Assembly: GCA_034780895.1 (NCBI GenBank) | Contig: JAUZTB010000017.1 | Span: 28,450,486 to 28,514,485, forward strand | Length of the DNA stretch: 64,000 nt | Origin: Rhynchobatus australiae | Taxonomy: Eukaryota | Reading direction: 5' to 3' | In this document: in pieces, positions 38,371 through 49,590 of the stretch | Numbering within the stretch: the stretch's first letter is position 1 | How the letters are laid out: each line of letters begins with the position of its first letter | Program-made: the position numbers and the translations under genes | The notes under the pieces: generated by a model | Database searches by the model: none | The model's input: only the letters and a program-made list of their open reading frames with translations | Told to the model about the DNA's origin: nothing

Positions 38371-40884
38371 CTCTGTGTATGCCAAGACTTCAGCAAGAAC
38401 GTGCACATATTGCAGTGTCTATATCTGAAGGCCTAAGTGGACTCTCAAAATCCACATGGTGGTGAATCAATCTGAATTTCTTACTGGGTATCATCTTATC
38501 ACATCCACTCTTGCACTGCCCCTGGACTTCCCAAGCCTTGATGCATTCTGTAATTTGCTGAGCTCAGAAGTGGATGGATTTCGTATCTGGCCCCTCAGCT
38601 CCATGCTGGTGGTACTGAATACATCGGCACCTTTGGATCACAAACCTTCATTTAAACAGAAAGTTTAAGCAAGCTTTCAGTTCAGTTTTCTTTATTTCAC
38701 TGTACATTAGGGTCTTCAGTTAGAAATAGATTTGTGTTTTTAAATAATTTTGACTTTACCTCCTCCTTGCTTGCTGTCAGCTACGCCTGGTGAAACAGCC
38801 CTGGTAGCAATACCAGCTTTGTATTCAGGTCCAATGTGTGTAAGCAAGGTTGAAAACAGTCATTATCCTGCTGCACCATTTGAGAATCTAATGGTGTGAA
38901 AAAGGACATTCCTTTTCCCTTGTCTTGTTCTCATCCTCTTATGTGCTTAGAGTTTCTTCACATCTTCAAATTGCAACAATTAAAGTGAGGAATTAATTTA
39001 ATATTTCAGCTATTTTCTGTTTCCTGTGATATTTGAAACTAATTTACCCTGAAGGAATTGGTTTAGTCATAGTAATCTGGCCTTTATAACTAAAACGAAT
39101 GATGAATCCTTTTGCTATTGTGTGCCTACAATTTGACTTTCGATTGTACACATTAACATTTATAGTCTGCCCTGAGGCCTATTTTGTATCACTCTCAAAC
39201 TCCAATACTCATTCACTCTTTGTATTTCCTAGTTGGCCTTTTGACAATTCCTTTATGAAGGATTTATAAACAGCTTGGCAGGAAATCCTGAGGTCCATAT
39301 CTCAGCAGCCCAGTTTTAAGGGCTATCAGTTTGGGAAACTGGATAGGTGGAGCAGACAGTCATGGTAGTTTCTATGCATATAGTTAAAATTATGGACAAA
39401 TAGCATTTCCTTGTCTCAACACATTGAGAAATTTGCCCTAATCCCATAACATCAACAAGAAGATACCAAAAAGTCAAGTTCTTTTCCAAAGTATCAGGTT
39501 CCCAGAAACCCCTCCTGAGGACCTTTGGTGGATTTCACATCAGATGCCAATGACATTGACAATGACAATAAATGCATTGAGCATTGCACTTTCATAAAAG
39601 TTTTGAAGAACTCACTGGGACTATTTCCTGGGTCACATGTTCTGCTCTCTTTCCAAATATTTCCTGAAATTAATCCTAAACTTAAACTGGCTTGAGGTTA
39701 GAAGGCTATTTTGAGCCTCTCCATTTCAATTGTTTGGAATTTCTGACAGGAAGACATATTCACATTGAAGCACAGACATTCATAATAGTTAATCTCTTAT
39801 TCTAACTTGTATTCCCAAGTCCTAAACAATCCAGTTTGTGAAATTTAAAATGTGTCACTTCACTCTACAAGATTGATTAAATGAAGTCCATATTATGGTC
39901 TTGACTATGTCATTCTATCGTGGTAATTTCTGCAGTTAGCAATCAAGTTCACTTACACCTTTCTTTGAAGCATTGTTTGCAGAATTCAGACATTGACCCA
40001 GTTATTCTGAACGGAAAACAGAGTAAATAATCTATTTTAGATGGTTATCATCAGCATCGTGGTCAGAAAATCTAGGCCATCACATCTGGCCAGTTGTCTG
40101 AGGAGAAAAATTATCATGCTAAAATACATTTAACATATTAGTGTGTTAAGCAAGGTCAAAATACAGTATTTCAAGTGTAATGTAACTAGTAGTGTATGGA
40201 TACAAAAGCAGAGGAATTAATATATTGGATTATCTGGCAAATTAATTATTCTGCATACATAAATACAGTTGCAAATCAAAGAATGGATCATTAGCCAATG
40301 AGATGTACTAATTCCTGTTACCAACTGGCAGGAACAGAAATGCTGGCCAGATTTATAGGCTCTATAAATGAACCAAAGCCACATGGGGTATCTTTGTTTT
40401 GATTTGTTTATGGTGATAAATGAAGGGTATAAGTGTAAACATGCTGAACCAAAAATTATCAAACAGGAAAAGCTCTTCTCTAATAGGAGTTAATTTCTAC
40501 TTAGAAGTTTTAGAGATCTTGAAGTTGGCATAAACTGCATTACTAATTAGTGAGAAAATAAATAGATTTAACAAAACAAAGGTGATTAAAATGATTGAAG
40601 TGTAAACATTCTGATCGTTTTGACAAACAAGGCCATGAGTTAGCTTTTTCAAGAATGAATGTCATACTTGTGTAACAAGTTGAGGGGTGGAAGATGTAAT
40701 ATTCCTAAAAGAATTCATACCTGCCCAGAAGATCAGTAAAAATTGACTCAATAATTCAAGAAGATTCTATTTATTAGCTTGAGAGACTGACCTAATTAAC
40801 ATATCCAATAATTCTTGACATTTATTAGCAGGAAAAATAATAAATGAATACTTAGAGGCAGTATAACTCCAAATACTGAAGACT

Positions 40885-40975
40885 AACCAATCTGCTGGAA
40901 GAACTCAGTGGGTCAGGCAGTAGCTTTGGGGGAAGAACTGTCAATGTTTCAGGTCAAAACCCTGCATCAGGGTTT
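40885..40975 (-). repeat. Penelope-type repeat with a degenerate hammerhead-like core
   Basis: Minus strand reads CCTGATGCAGGGTTTTGACCTGAAACATTGAC, followed by ...ctgcctgacccactgagttcttccagca. Confidence 0.55.
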
Positions 40976-41354
40976 GAAGAATATATACACTGAGCATGTG
41001 CTTTGTCAGGTCTTGTCAAGCACAACTTAACTGCTGTGTTTGCCTTCGTAATCATTAGTGAAGAAATGCTTTGAAATATCATTTGGACATGAACCTTAAG
41101 GAATATTAAATCAATTTCATCTAAAAGGAGAGAATTTGTCAAATTTTATCATGAACTATTTTGTGTTTGTAAGTGTAAGATAAATTAATGTTTTTATTAA
41201 AAATTGCTCAAAGATATTTTTTACTGTGGTATGATCAATTATTTGTCTTTCCTAAAATTTCTGTAAGAAATAATGGACTTAAACACAGACGGCAGCCACT
41301 TTAGATTTGCGCCTGTTCTGCTGATGGTAGAATATCAATTTCTGTATTAAATAT

Positions 41355-42170
41355 TCTAGTTCTCCACCCTATCCACAGACTCCCTGTGAACCCATTCCAA
41401 CACTCCACCTCATTAAGGAAGATTCTGTGAGCCTCTTCCAATATCCCACTCTGGTCAGAGACCTTGTGAATGCTTAAGATGTTTTCTAACACTAATATCA
41501 GAGCTCCTCTCCAATGCCCACCCTTTTCCACAGAAACATTACAAATCTCTTCCAATCTTTTATTCTGGCACTAACCTAAAAACAGGCTTTGTAAACACTA
41601 ATCTGACACCAACCTTAATTATATTCACAGAGACTACAAACTCTTTCCAACACCCCACCTTTCAGAGAGATTGGAAATTCCTTCCAACACTCCACTATTC
41701 ACACAGGTGTGTGACTTATTTCCAGTGGCCTATCTTATTCACAGAAATATTGTGAACCCATTACAACATTCCACCCCATTCACAGAAGTGCTATGATCAC
41801 AATTTAACAATTCTATCTTATTCACCCTTTCAACACCCCACCTATTTGCATAGAAAATATAAACCCTTCTAAAGCCACATCTTATCTACCATGCATCCTT
41901 GACAGCATATGCTCTATTCAGATCTTTCAGTCACAGTATTAACCTCTTCCAACATTCTACTGCATTCACAGAGACACTATGAACACTTCCAGTGCCCATC
42001 CTATTCAGAGATACTATCAAACCCTCTAAAGCTTCAGGATTCTCGTGAGGATACTGTGAATACTTTTCAGAACTCTGAAGCACTAACAAAGATACTGTAG
42101 ACTTCTCAAACAGCCCAACATATTCTCACATATATTAAACCATTTCAAATACTCCAAGATAAACAGAGGT
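41355..42170. repeat. Old degenerate tandem repeat, about 40-bp unit
   Basis: Recurrent (tt)cacagagacactgtgaacccttccaacactccacc(ta)-like units. Confidence 0.65.
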
Positions 42171-42279
42171 GCTCTTGCCTCATCTAGCCCTTTAAGACCA
42201 TTTGTTTTCAGATTGGGCTAGAGCTCGCTAGGAAGTGCCATCAGTTCTGCACCAAGCTACTGGAGTGACCCAACTCTGC

Positions 42280-43455
42280 CTTCAGTACGGAAATCACAAG
42301 CAAACTTGTCACCAAACTCCAAGACCTAGGACTTAACACCTCCCTCTAACTGGATCCTTGACTTTCTAACAAACAGACTGCAATCAGTGAGGATAGGCAG
42401 CAATACCTCCGGCACGATTATTGTCAACACTGGTGCCCCACAAGGCTGCATCCTCAGTCCTCTATTTCCTATATACTCATGGCTGCATGGTCAGGTTCTG
42501 CTCTAACTCCATCTAGAAGTTTGCAGATGATACCACCATTGTAGGCAGTATCTCAAACAGAGGAGTCGGGGTACAGGAAGGAGATAGAGAGCTTAGTGGA
42601 AGGGTGTCATGACAACAAACTTTCCCTCAATGCCAACAAAACAAAAGAGCTGGTCATNNNNNNNNNNNNNNNNNNNNNNNNNNNNNNNNNNNNNNNNNNN
42701 NNNNNNNNNNNNNNNNNNNNNNNNNNNNNNNNNNNNNNNNNNNNNNNNNNNNNNNNNNNNNNNNNNNNNNNNNNNNNNNNNNNNNNNNNNNNNNNNNNNN
42801 NNNNNNNNNNNNNNNNNNNNNNNNNNNNNNNNNNNNNNNNNNNNNNNNNNNNNNNNNNNNNNNNNNNNNNNNNNNNNNNNNNNNNNNNNNNNNNNNNNNN
42901 NNNNNNNNNNNNNNNNNNNNNNNNNNNNNNNNNNNNNNNNNNNNNNNNNNNNNNNNNNNNNNNNNNNNNNNNNNNNNNNNNNNNNNNNNNNNNNNNNNNN
43001 NNNNNNNNNNNNNNNNNNNNNNNNNNNNNNNNNNNNNNNNNNNNNNNNNNNNNNNNNNNNNNNNNNNNNNNNNNNNNNNNNNNNNNNNNNNNNNNNNNNN
43101 NNNNNNNNNNNNNNNNNNNNNNNNNNNNNNNNNNNNNNNNNNNNNNNNNNNNNNNNNNNNNNNNNNNNNNNNNNNNNNNNNNNNNNNNNNNNNNNNNNNN
43201 NNNNNNNNNNNNNNNNNNNNNNNNNNNNNNNNNNNNNNNNNNNNNNNNNNNNNNNNNNNNNNNNNNNNNNNNNNNNNNNNNNNNNNNNNNNNNNNNNNNN
43301 NNNNNNNNNNNNNNNNNNNNNNNNNNNNNNNNNNNCAATGCACTCTGTACTAACCCAATGTAACTGCACTGTGTAATGAATTGACCTGTACAATCAGTAT
43401 GCAAGACAAGTTCTTCACTGTACCTCAGTACAAGTGACAATAATAAACCAATACT
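42280..43455 (+). mobile_element. Rex1/Babar-type LINE (RT region, gap, 3' tail)
   Basis: Remnants [22 protein letters not shown] and CHDNKLSLNANKTKELV, with the family tail after the gap. Confidence 0.85.
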
Positions 43456-45634
43456 TAGGAGGTTTGACACTGTCACATGAACACAGAAGTTTCAAACATG
43501 CTGGCTGAGCTCTGTTGGCAATTTCCTGATTACACTCCGACATTGGGCTCCCCATGGAATCCAGTGGCAGATGCAGTTGCTGTGATTCCACAAGTTGTAT
43601 TGAACAGGTACTCACCAGCTGCCAGGTTAGGGAGAGAAATGGCACTGAGGAAAAAAGGTAATTAGCTAATTTATATCTTTGAATTGATCAGCTTTGATTA
43701 AACATTTTTAAAATCATTTAAAAGGGTTTGTGATGAAATTCTTTTAAGATCTTCAATTGTTTAAGTTTTGTTTAATTATCTCTTTTTTAAATCACTTTGA
43801 ATGTTTTTCTATGAAAAATAATTCAAAAGGAAAGTCCTTGATGGCATTGAAGCTGAAAAAGCCTGTGATCAGAACTCCTCACTGTCAAATTACTTCTTAG
43901 TTATTTTGACCCACCCAATGGAAGCCTGGTATGCACAGTCTTGCCATTTTGAGTCAGGATTACTTCTTACAGAAAGTTTTTGCCCAATCTTACACATAAA
44001 TTATACTTACCACAAATCTTAATAGCAAGTATTTGTGGCTTGCCACTCAAAGAGTGTTCTTGCCCAATCTTCTTCCCATACCCCAAGTTCCCACAGCAAT
44101 CCTTTGTCACAATGTGGAGCAAAGAGCAAGCTCACAGAGAACCCAAATGGTACAGGACTGGAGTCAGGATACTTCCTCAGGGCCAAACACCAGCAGCAAC
44201 TGGAAGGAATCTTGCCTCAGTGATCTGAGGAGGAATTCCAACACAAACTGGATATTGAAAAAGGAACAGAGAACACAGGACTGCTCTACAACAGCCAGAC
44301 CCTAGCAACTAATGGGTAGCAAAACCCAAGTACTTATGCTAGGCCCCTGATGGGGATCAGGTGTGTGTCATTATGCAATCAGNNNNNNNNNNNNNNNNNN
44401 NNNNNNNNNNNNNNNNNNNNNNNNNNNNNNNNNNNNNNNNNNNNNNNNNNNNNNNNNNNNNNNNNNNNNNNNNNNNNNNNNNGGTGTGTGTCATTATGCA
44501 ATCAGTCCAGCATGGAATCCATGTGCTGTACAACAAGGCATCAAAGGAGCCAAATCGAGAGCCCGTACTCAGAATCATGACATCCTTCTCTTCTTTAAAT
44601 TAATCATTGCTCTGCTTTGCCAACATACATTCTTCATCAATCAGGTACATACGTTGTCACTTCACCTGCACCAATCCTTCCCCAACTTTTCCATTCATTC
44701 TGGTCACCCTCAGCCTATTCCCCAACCTCTGCCAACATGTTCACCATCTTCACCACTTTCTTCACAGTTAATACTGCACCCTCACTTGCCAATAATGCTG
44801 GCTACTTTTTTGCCTCCACACACTACCTCAATTAAATTTGTGCTCACTTTCTCCACTTTTCACTTTAATGGAGACATTGGATTAATATTGAACAGTGGCA
44901 CTTCCTGAATAACCTGATTTGTATGTTATAGCAAACTGCCAAGACAGCCAAGTGCTCCAAATACATTTTGATGTATTCTGTGAATTCTACAGTGCACGTG
45001 TTACAATTTGTAACCAAAAGAGTGGCCTGCTGATTAAAAATCAGTTAGGGAGGAAGCACTGGGACTGGTAGTTGTTATTTGTTACTTGTTTACAGGATAT
45101 AGGAATCACTGACAAGTCCATCCGTTATTACCCTTCCTTAATTTCTATCGGAAGGTAGCACTTCTTGAACAGCTGCAGTCAGTGTGGTGACTACCCCAGG
45201 GCTCTTGGGTAGGAATTCCAGTATTCAGACCCAGCAAATTTGAGGAAATAGTTGGTGTAGTCAGGATTCCATGGTGCCTTGGTAATGAAAGGGTGGAGAA
45301 TTGGTGATAATCAAATGGGTGTGTGGTCCAGGAAAGCTGACTGAATGTTGATGGAGCTGCCACCATCCAGACAAGTAGAGGGTCTTCCACCACACTCATG
45401 ACATTTTGTTGTGATAGCACTACAGAGATTTGTTCTGACCTGTTGCTTCTGTGGTCATTTAGCTCTGTTTATTGCATGTTGTGTTTACTTCTTAGCACAT
45501 CCATAGGCTGGTGTTATAGCTTCATCAGATTGGCAGCTCAATTATAGATGAGCTCAGTGCTGCACCTGGCATCTCTTCTACTCTCCCACTGGAATAGAGC
45601 TGCTCCTCCGGTTTCATGGCATAGGTAGAATGAG

Positions 45635-46022
45635 GTATTGGTTTATTACTGTCACTTGTTCTGAGGTACAGAGAAAAACGTGTCTTGCATACCGATCGTA
45701 CAGTTCAGTTCATTACATGGTGCTGTTACATTGAGTTAGTACAGAGTGCATTGATGTAGTAGAGGTAAAAACAATAACAGTACAGAGTAAAGTGTCACAG
45801 CTACAGAGAAAGTGCAGTGTAATAAGATGCAAGGTTACAACAAGGTAGATCGTGAGATCAGAGTCCATCTCATTGTATAAGGGAACCGTTCAGTAGTCTT
45901 ATCACAGTGGGGTAGAAGCTGTCCTTAAGTCTGATGGTATGTGACCTCAGACTCCTGTATCTTCTACCTGATGGAAGAAGAGAAAAGAGAGAATGACCTG
46001 GGTGGGTGGGATCTTTGATTAT
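45635..46022 (-). mobile_element. Rex1/Babar-type LINE 3' fragment nested in an older LINE
   Basis: Remnant IIKDPTHPGHSLFSLLPSGRRYRSLRSHTIRLKDSFYPTVIRLLNG. Confidence 0.85.
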
Positions 46023-46227
46023 GTACACTGAGCCATCAGATATCCTATTGTGGTGGAAATCTGATGCTGCCATTGGTCTTGAGTGTCATGTGGATGCCTA
46101 GCTTTAAGCTGATATGTTAAAGAAATATACTTGTCCAATTACTGTTATTATATTGCCTGCCAGTGTGACCGCACAGCGCATTCCCAGCCTACCTGACCCA
46201 TTCCTTTCCTAATTTCCCTCAAGATGG

Positions 46228-47700
46228 TCAGACCACTGACTCCTCCTCTAAACCCTCAGGGTGGACTGAGCATTGGCTTCCTAGAGTGAAGAGAGCATTG
46301 CCTCCTTTGGTCTGAGCACTAACTCCTGAGTGTTGATTGAGAGCTGCCTTCTGAGGGTAGATAGAGAACCCTCTACTTGGGTTGGACTTCTTGGAGTAGA
46401 AAAGCACAGTCCATCCAGAGCAAATCAAGCACTGTCTCCTTCAGGTGTATCTCCTTAGGGTAGACCAACCACTGTCTCTAGGATTGACTGTGAGGAGACA
46501 GAACAGTGTGTCCTTAAAGATCCAAGCATTGCCTCTTTAGAGTGGACAGAGCACTATTTCCCAGAGTGGACTGGGTACTGTCCTCAGGAAGGACCGAGCA
46601 TTATCTCTCTGGAGTGGACTCAGTACTGTCTCTTTAAGTGAACTGAGTACTTCACGTTCACTGTGTTTACTTCAAGTTCCTAGGCATCAACATCCTGGAG
46701 GACCTATCCTGAGCCCAACACATTGATACAATCACGAAGAAGGTATGCCAGTGGCTCTACTTCGTTAGGAGTTTGAGAGGATTCAGTATGTCACCAAAGA
46801 CTCTTGCAAATTTCTATAGACGTACGATAGACAGCGTTCTGACTGGTTGCATCACAGCCTGGTATGGAGGCTCCAATACACAACATCGCAAGGGGCTGCA
46901 GAGGGTTGGAGACTCAGCCAGCTCCATCATGGGTACAACCCTCCCCACCATCAAGGACGTCTTTAAGAGACGGTGCCTCGAGAAGGTGTCATCCATTGCT
47001 AAGGACCCTCACCATCCAGGATATGCCCTCTTCTTGTTACGACCATCGGGGAGGAGGTACAGGAGCCTGAAAACCCACACTCAGTGATTTAGCAACAGCT
47101 TCTTCCCCACTGCCATCAGATTTCTGAATGTTCCAAGAACCCACAAACACCACCTCCTTATTCCTTTTATTTGCACTATTTATTTTGTAATTTTTATGTC
47201 TTTGCACTGTACTGCTACAAAATAATGAATTTTATATCATATACTGTACGTCAGTGNNNNNNNNNNNNNNNNNNNNNNNNNNNNNNNNNNNNNNNNNNNN
47301 NNNNNNNNNNNNNNNNNNNNNNNNNNNNNNNNNNNNNNNNNNNNNNNNNNNNNNNNCTGCTACAAAATAATGAATTTTATATCATATACTGTACGTCAGT
47401 GATAATAAACCTGATTCTGATTCTGCCTCCTCAAGATGGACCAAGTGCTGCCTCCTTTGAGATGATCGAGCACTGACTCCTTTGAGTGAACCGGGCACTA
47501 TCTCCTTATGATCACTGTCTTCTTCAGGTGGACCAAGCACTGCCTACCCAAAGTAGACTAAGCATTTCTTCCTCAGAGTGGATTGTGCATTGTCTTCTTT
47601 ACATAGACCAAACACTGTCTCCTTAGAGTAGACGTGGAATGCTTACGAAGAATGGGCTGAGTATTGTCTCCTTCAGTGGACTGACCACTGTCCTCTTTGC
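46228..47700. repeat. Degenerate minisatellite (about 25-bp unit) interrupted by a LINE
   Basis: Unit approximately GAGTGGACTGAGCACTGTCTCCTTA, present at 46228-46650 and 47424-47700. Confidence 0.75.
46651..47423 (+). mobile_element. 5'-truncated Rex1/Babar-type LINE with an (ATTCTG)n tail
   Basis: ORF 46773-47087 reads FSMSPKTLANFYRRTIDSVLTGCITAWYG...DPHHPGYALF..PSGRRYRSLKTHTQ. The element ends aataaacctgattctgattc. Confidence 0.9.
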
Positions 47701-47889
47701 ATCTTCCAGTCCTTTCACAAGTGAATGATGTTACAACTTTTGCAATCCCTTTTGGTTTAAAAGATACATTGCAGTAGAATGCAGCAACTGGAATCATATT
47801 CGGATCTAATATGATGCTATGCAAAATGGAGTATAGAGGAAATGGATAACAGAGAAGGGATGGGGAAACTGAAGGGAAGAAGAGCAGTG

Positions 47890-48333
47890 TGTAGTAAGAA
47901 TCCTGAAATGTTGGCCAGAGTGCGAGGAACAATTGCTGGGATCAATTGTATGTGTGATTGGGGGAAGGATGACCTGGGTGCTAGGTAACCAAGGTATTGT
48001 CTCTGCAGACATGAGCCTGCAGTGCCCGAGGCAATGGTCACATGATGGATCGACCTGGACAAAGGATTGACCCAGGTAGGGGCGGAGAGAAGTGACCAGG
48101 ATATAAGAGAGTGAGCACACCAGTGGTGAGGTCTCATGGATTTGGGCTCACCACAGGTTGGGTCACAACTGATGCTGTGGACCGATTGGAACAGTTAAAC
48201 GGGCTCAGGCGTGCTTCCGAGATAAGTACCACTTGTTGTAACTTAGCAATAAAGTGTGTTGTGTGCAGCATTGCGTGTGCAAGGCTTGTTTGTATCGGAT
48301 CTGTGAACAATCCTGCTTAACTCTGGCACAACA
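47890..48333 (+). mobile_element. Solo LTR (444 bp) with 5-bp target-site duplication CAGTG
   Basis: TGT...ACA termini, CAGTG at 47885-47889 and 48334-48338, GC box GGGGCGGA 48079-48086, TATAA 48102-48106 and AATAAA 48248-48253. Confidence 0.85.
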
Positions 48334-49029
48334 CAGTGAAAGAAGTGGATATCAATGAAAAGAAAGAGGGCAGGGTAACAAAAGGCAGAATCTGTTATGC
48401 CGAAGAAAGGAAGTCTGAGGGCCGAATTTTAGAAGGTGACAAGAACTGATAGCAGTACGTGATGGGAATTGAGGAGGGAGAACATCAGCAGCAACCAGAT
48501 GGGATGAGAAAGTGATGACCTTGAAATGGGATGAGGTTATCCAGATATTGGAACATATGCAGCAGACTTAAAATATAACTGCACCAGATTTTTCCCTTGG
48601 TTTCTTGACTGAAAGAAAATTAGGACCTATGCTCTGCTGGTATGTCAACTGTGCTACATTATAAGTATTACTTGGTACTGTATGTGTTTTGAACTGCCTT
48701 CTCATTGATTCAGCTAAACTTGGCAAAAACAAAATAGAGAAAAAATGTTCATTTGTCAGTTGCACAACATTCAACTCTTCAAAACTGCAGCGTTCATGTG
48801 AAATTTAAAGTATTTATTATTCCTTCTTAAGTGGACATTCTTCACTGGCCAGGAAGTTTTATAGGATCAAATCCAGGTCAAGCTATGTTTCTTGCAGTAT
48901 CCATTCATTGTTCTGCTCTCACTCTCTCTTTCCCATCTTGGGCTCTGTAAAATTTTCCACACCTCCCACAGTATCCACAACATTTCTCTTATTCCTACCA
49001 TTTCTAGCAGCTTCCACTCAATGTGGACC

Positions 49030-49590
49030 CATTAGAAATAGAAGTAGCAGTTGGGCAGTTGAAGCCTTACACCTGCTTTGATCTTCAAAAGCGACATTAC
49101 TGATCTTTTAATTCAGTGCCATTTTCCTGCACTTAATTGATATCTTTTGATTTGTTTGATATCCAAAAATCTATCGGTCTCTGTCTTGAATGTACTTAGC
49201 CACAGTCCTCTTGGGTAGAGAATTCCAAAGATTCCCTACTCTCTGGGTAGAGAAGTTTCTTCTCACCTCAGCCCTGAATGGCTAACTGCTTATTTTGAGA
49301 CAGTAACTCTTAATCCTAGGCACCCTAACAGAGAAGAATATCATCCTTGTGTCTGCCTTGTCAACACCCATTAGAATATTTTATGTTTCACTGAGATGAT
49401 CATTCATTCTTCTAATGTAGACTGAAAAGGCTAATTTAATTAATCTCTCCTCAAAGAACTATCCTCTCATTCCACAAGTCAATCTGGTGAACATTTGTTC
49501 CGCTCCCCTTATTGCAAACATATTCTTTCTGAGACAGGAAGACCAGACCTGTACACAGTATTCCAGGTGTAGTCCTAACAGGACCACCTT
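49030..49590 (-). mobile_element. Decayed CR1-type LINE 3' fragment
   Basis: gggtagagaattccaaagattc...tttcttctcacctcag...gaccagacctgtacacagtattccaggtgtagtc is the reverse of CR1 3' coding blocks. Confidence 0.75.

Noticed and set aside
46773-47087. 104-aa ORF as a host gene
   Set aside because: It is the C-terminal remnant of a LINE ORF2, with a premature stop.
47200-47400. Direct repeats flanking N gaps (also at 5297-5414, 44359-44506 and 62597-63113)
   Set aside because: Identical sequence on both sides of scaffold gaps most likely reflects unmerged contig overlaps, not biological repeats.
46228-47700. Repeat array as a CRISPR-like locus
   Set aside because: Units are degenerate and contiguous with no unique spacers, there are no cas genes, and the context is a vertebrate intron.
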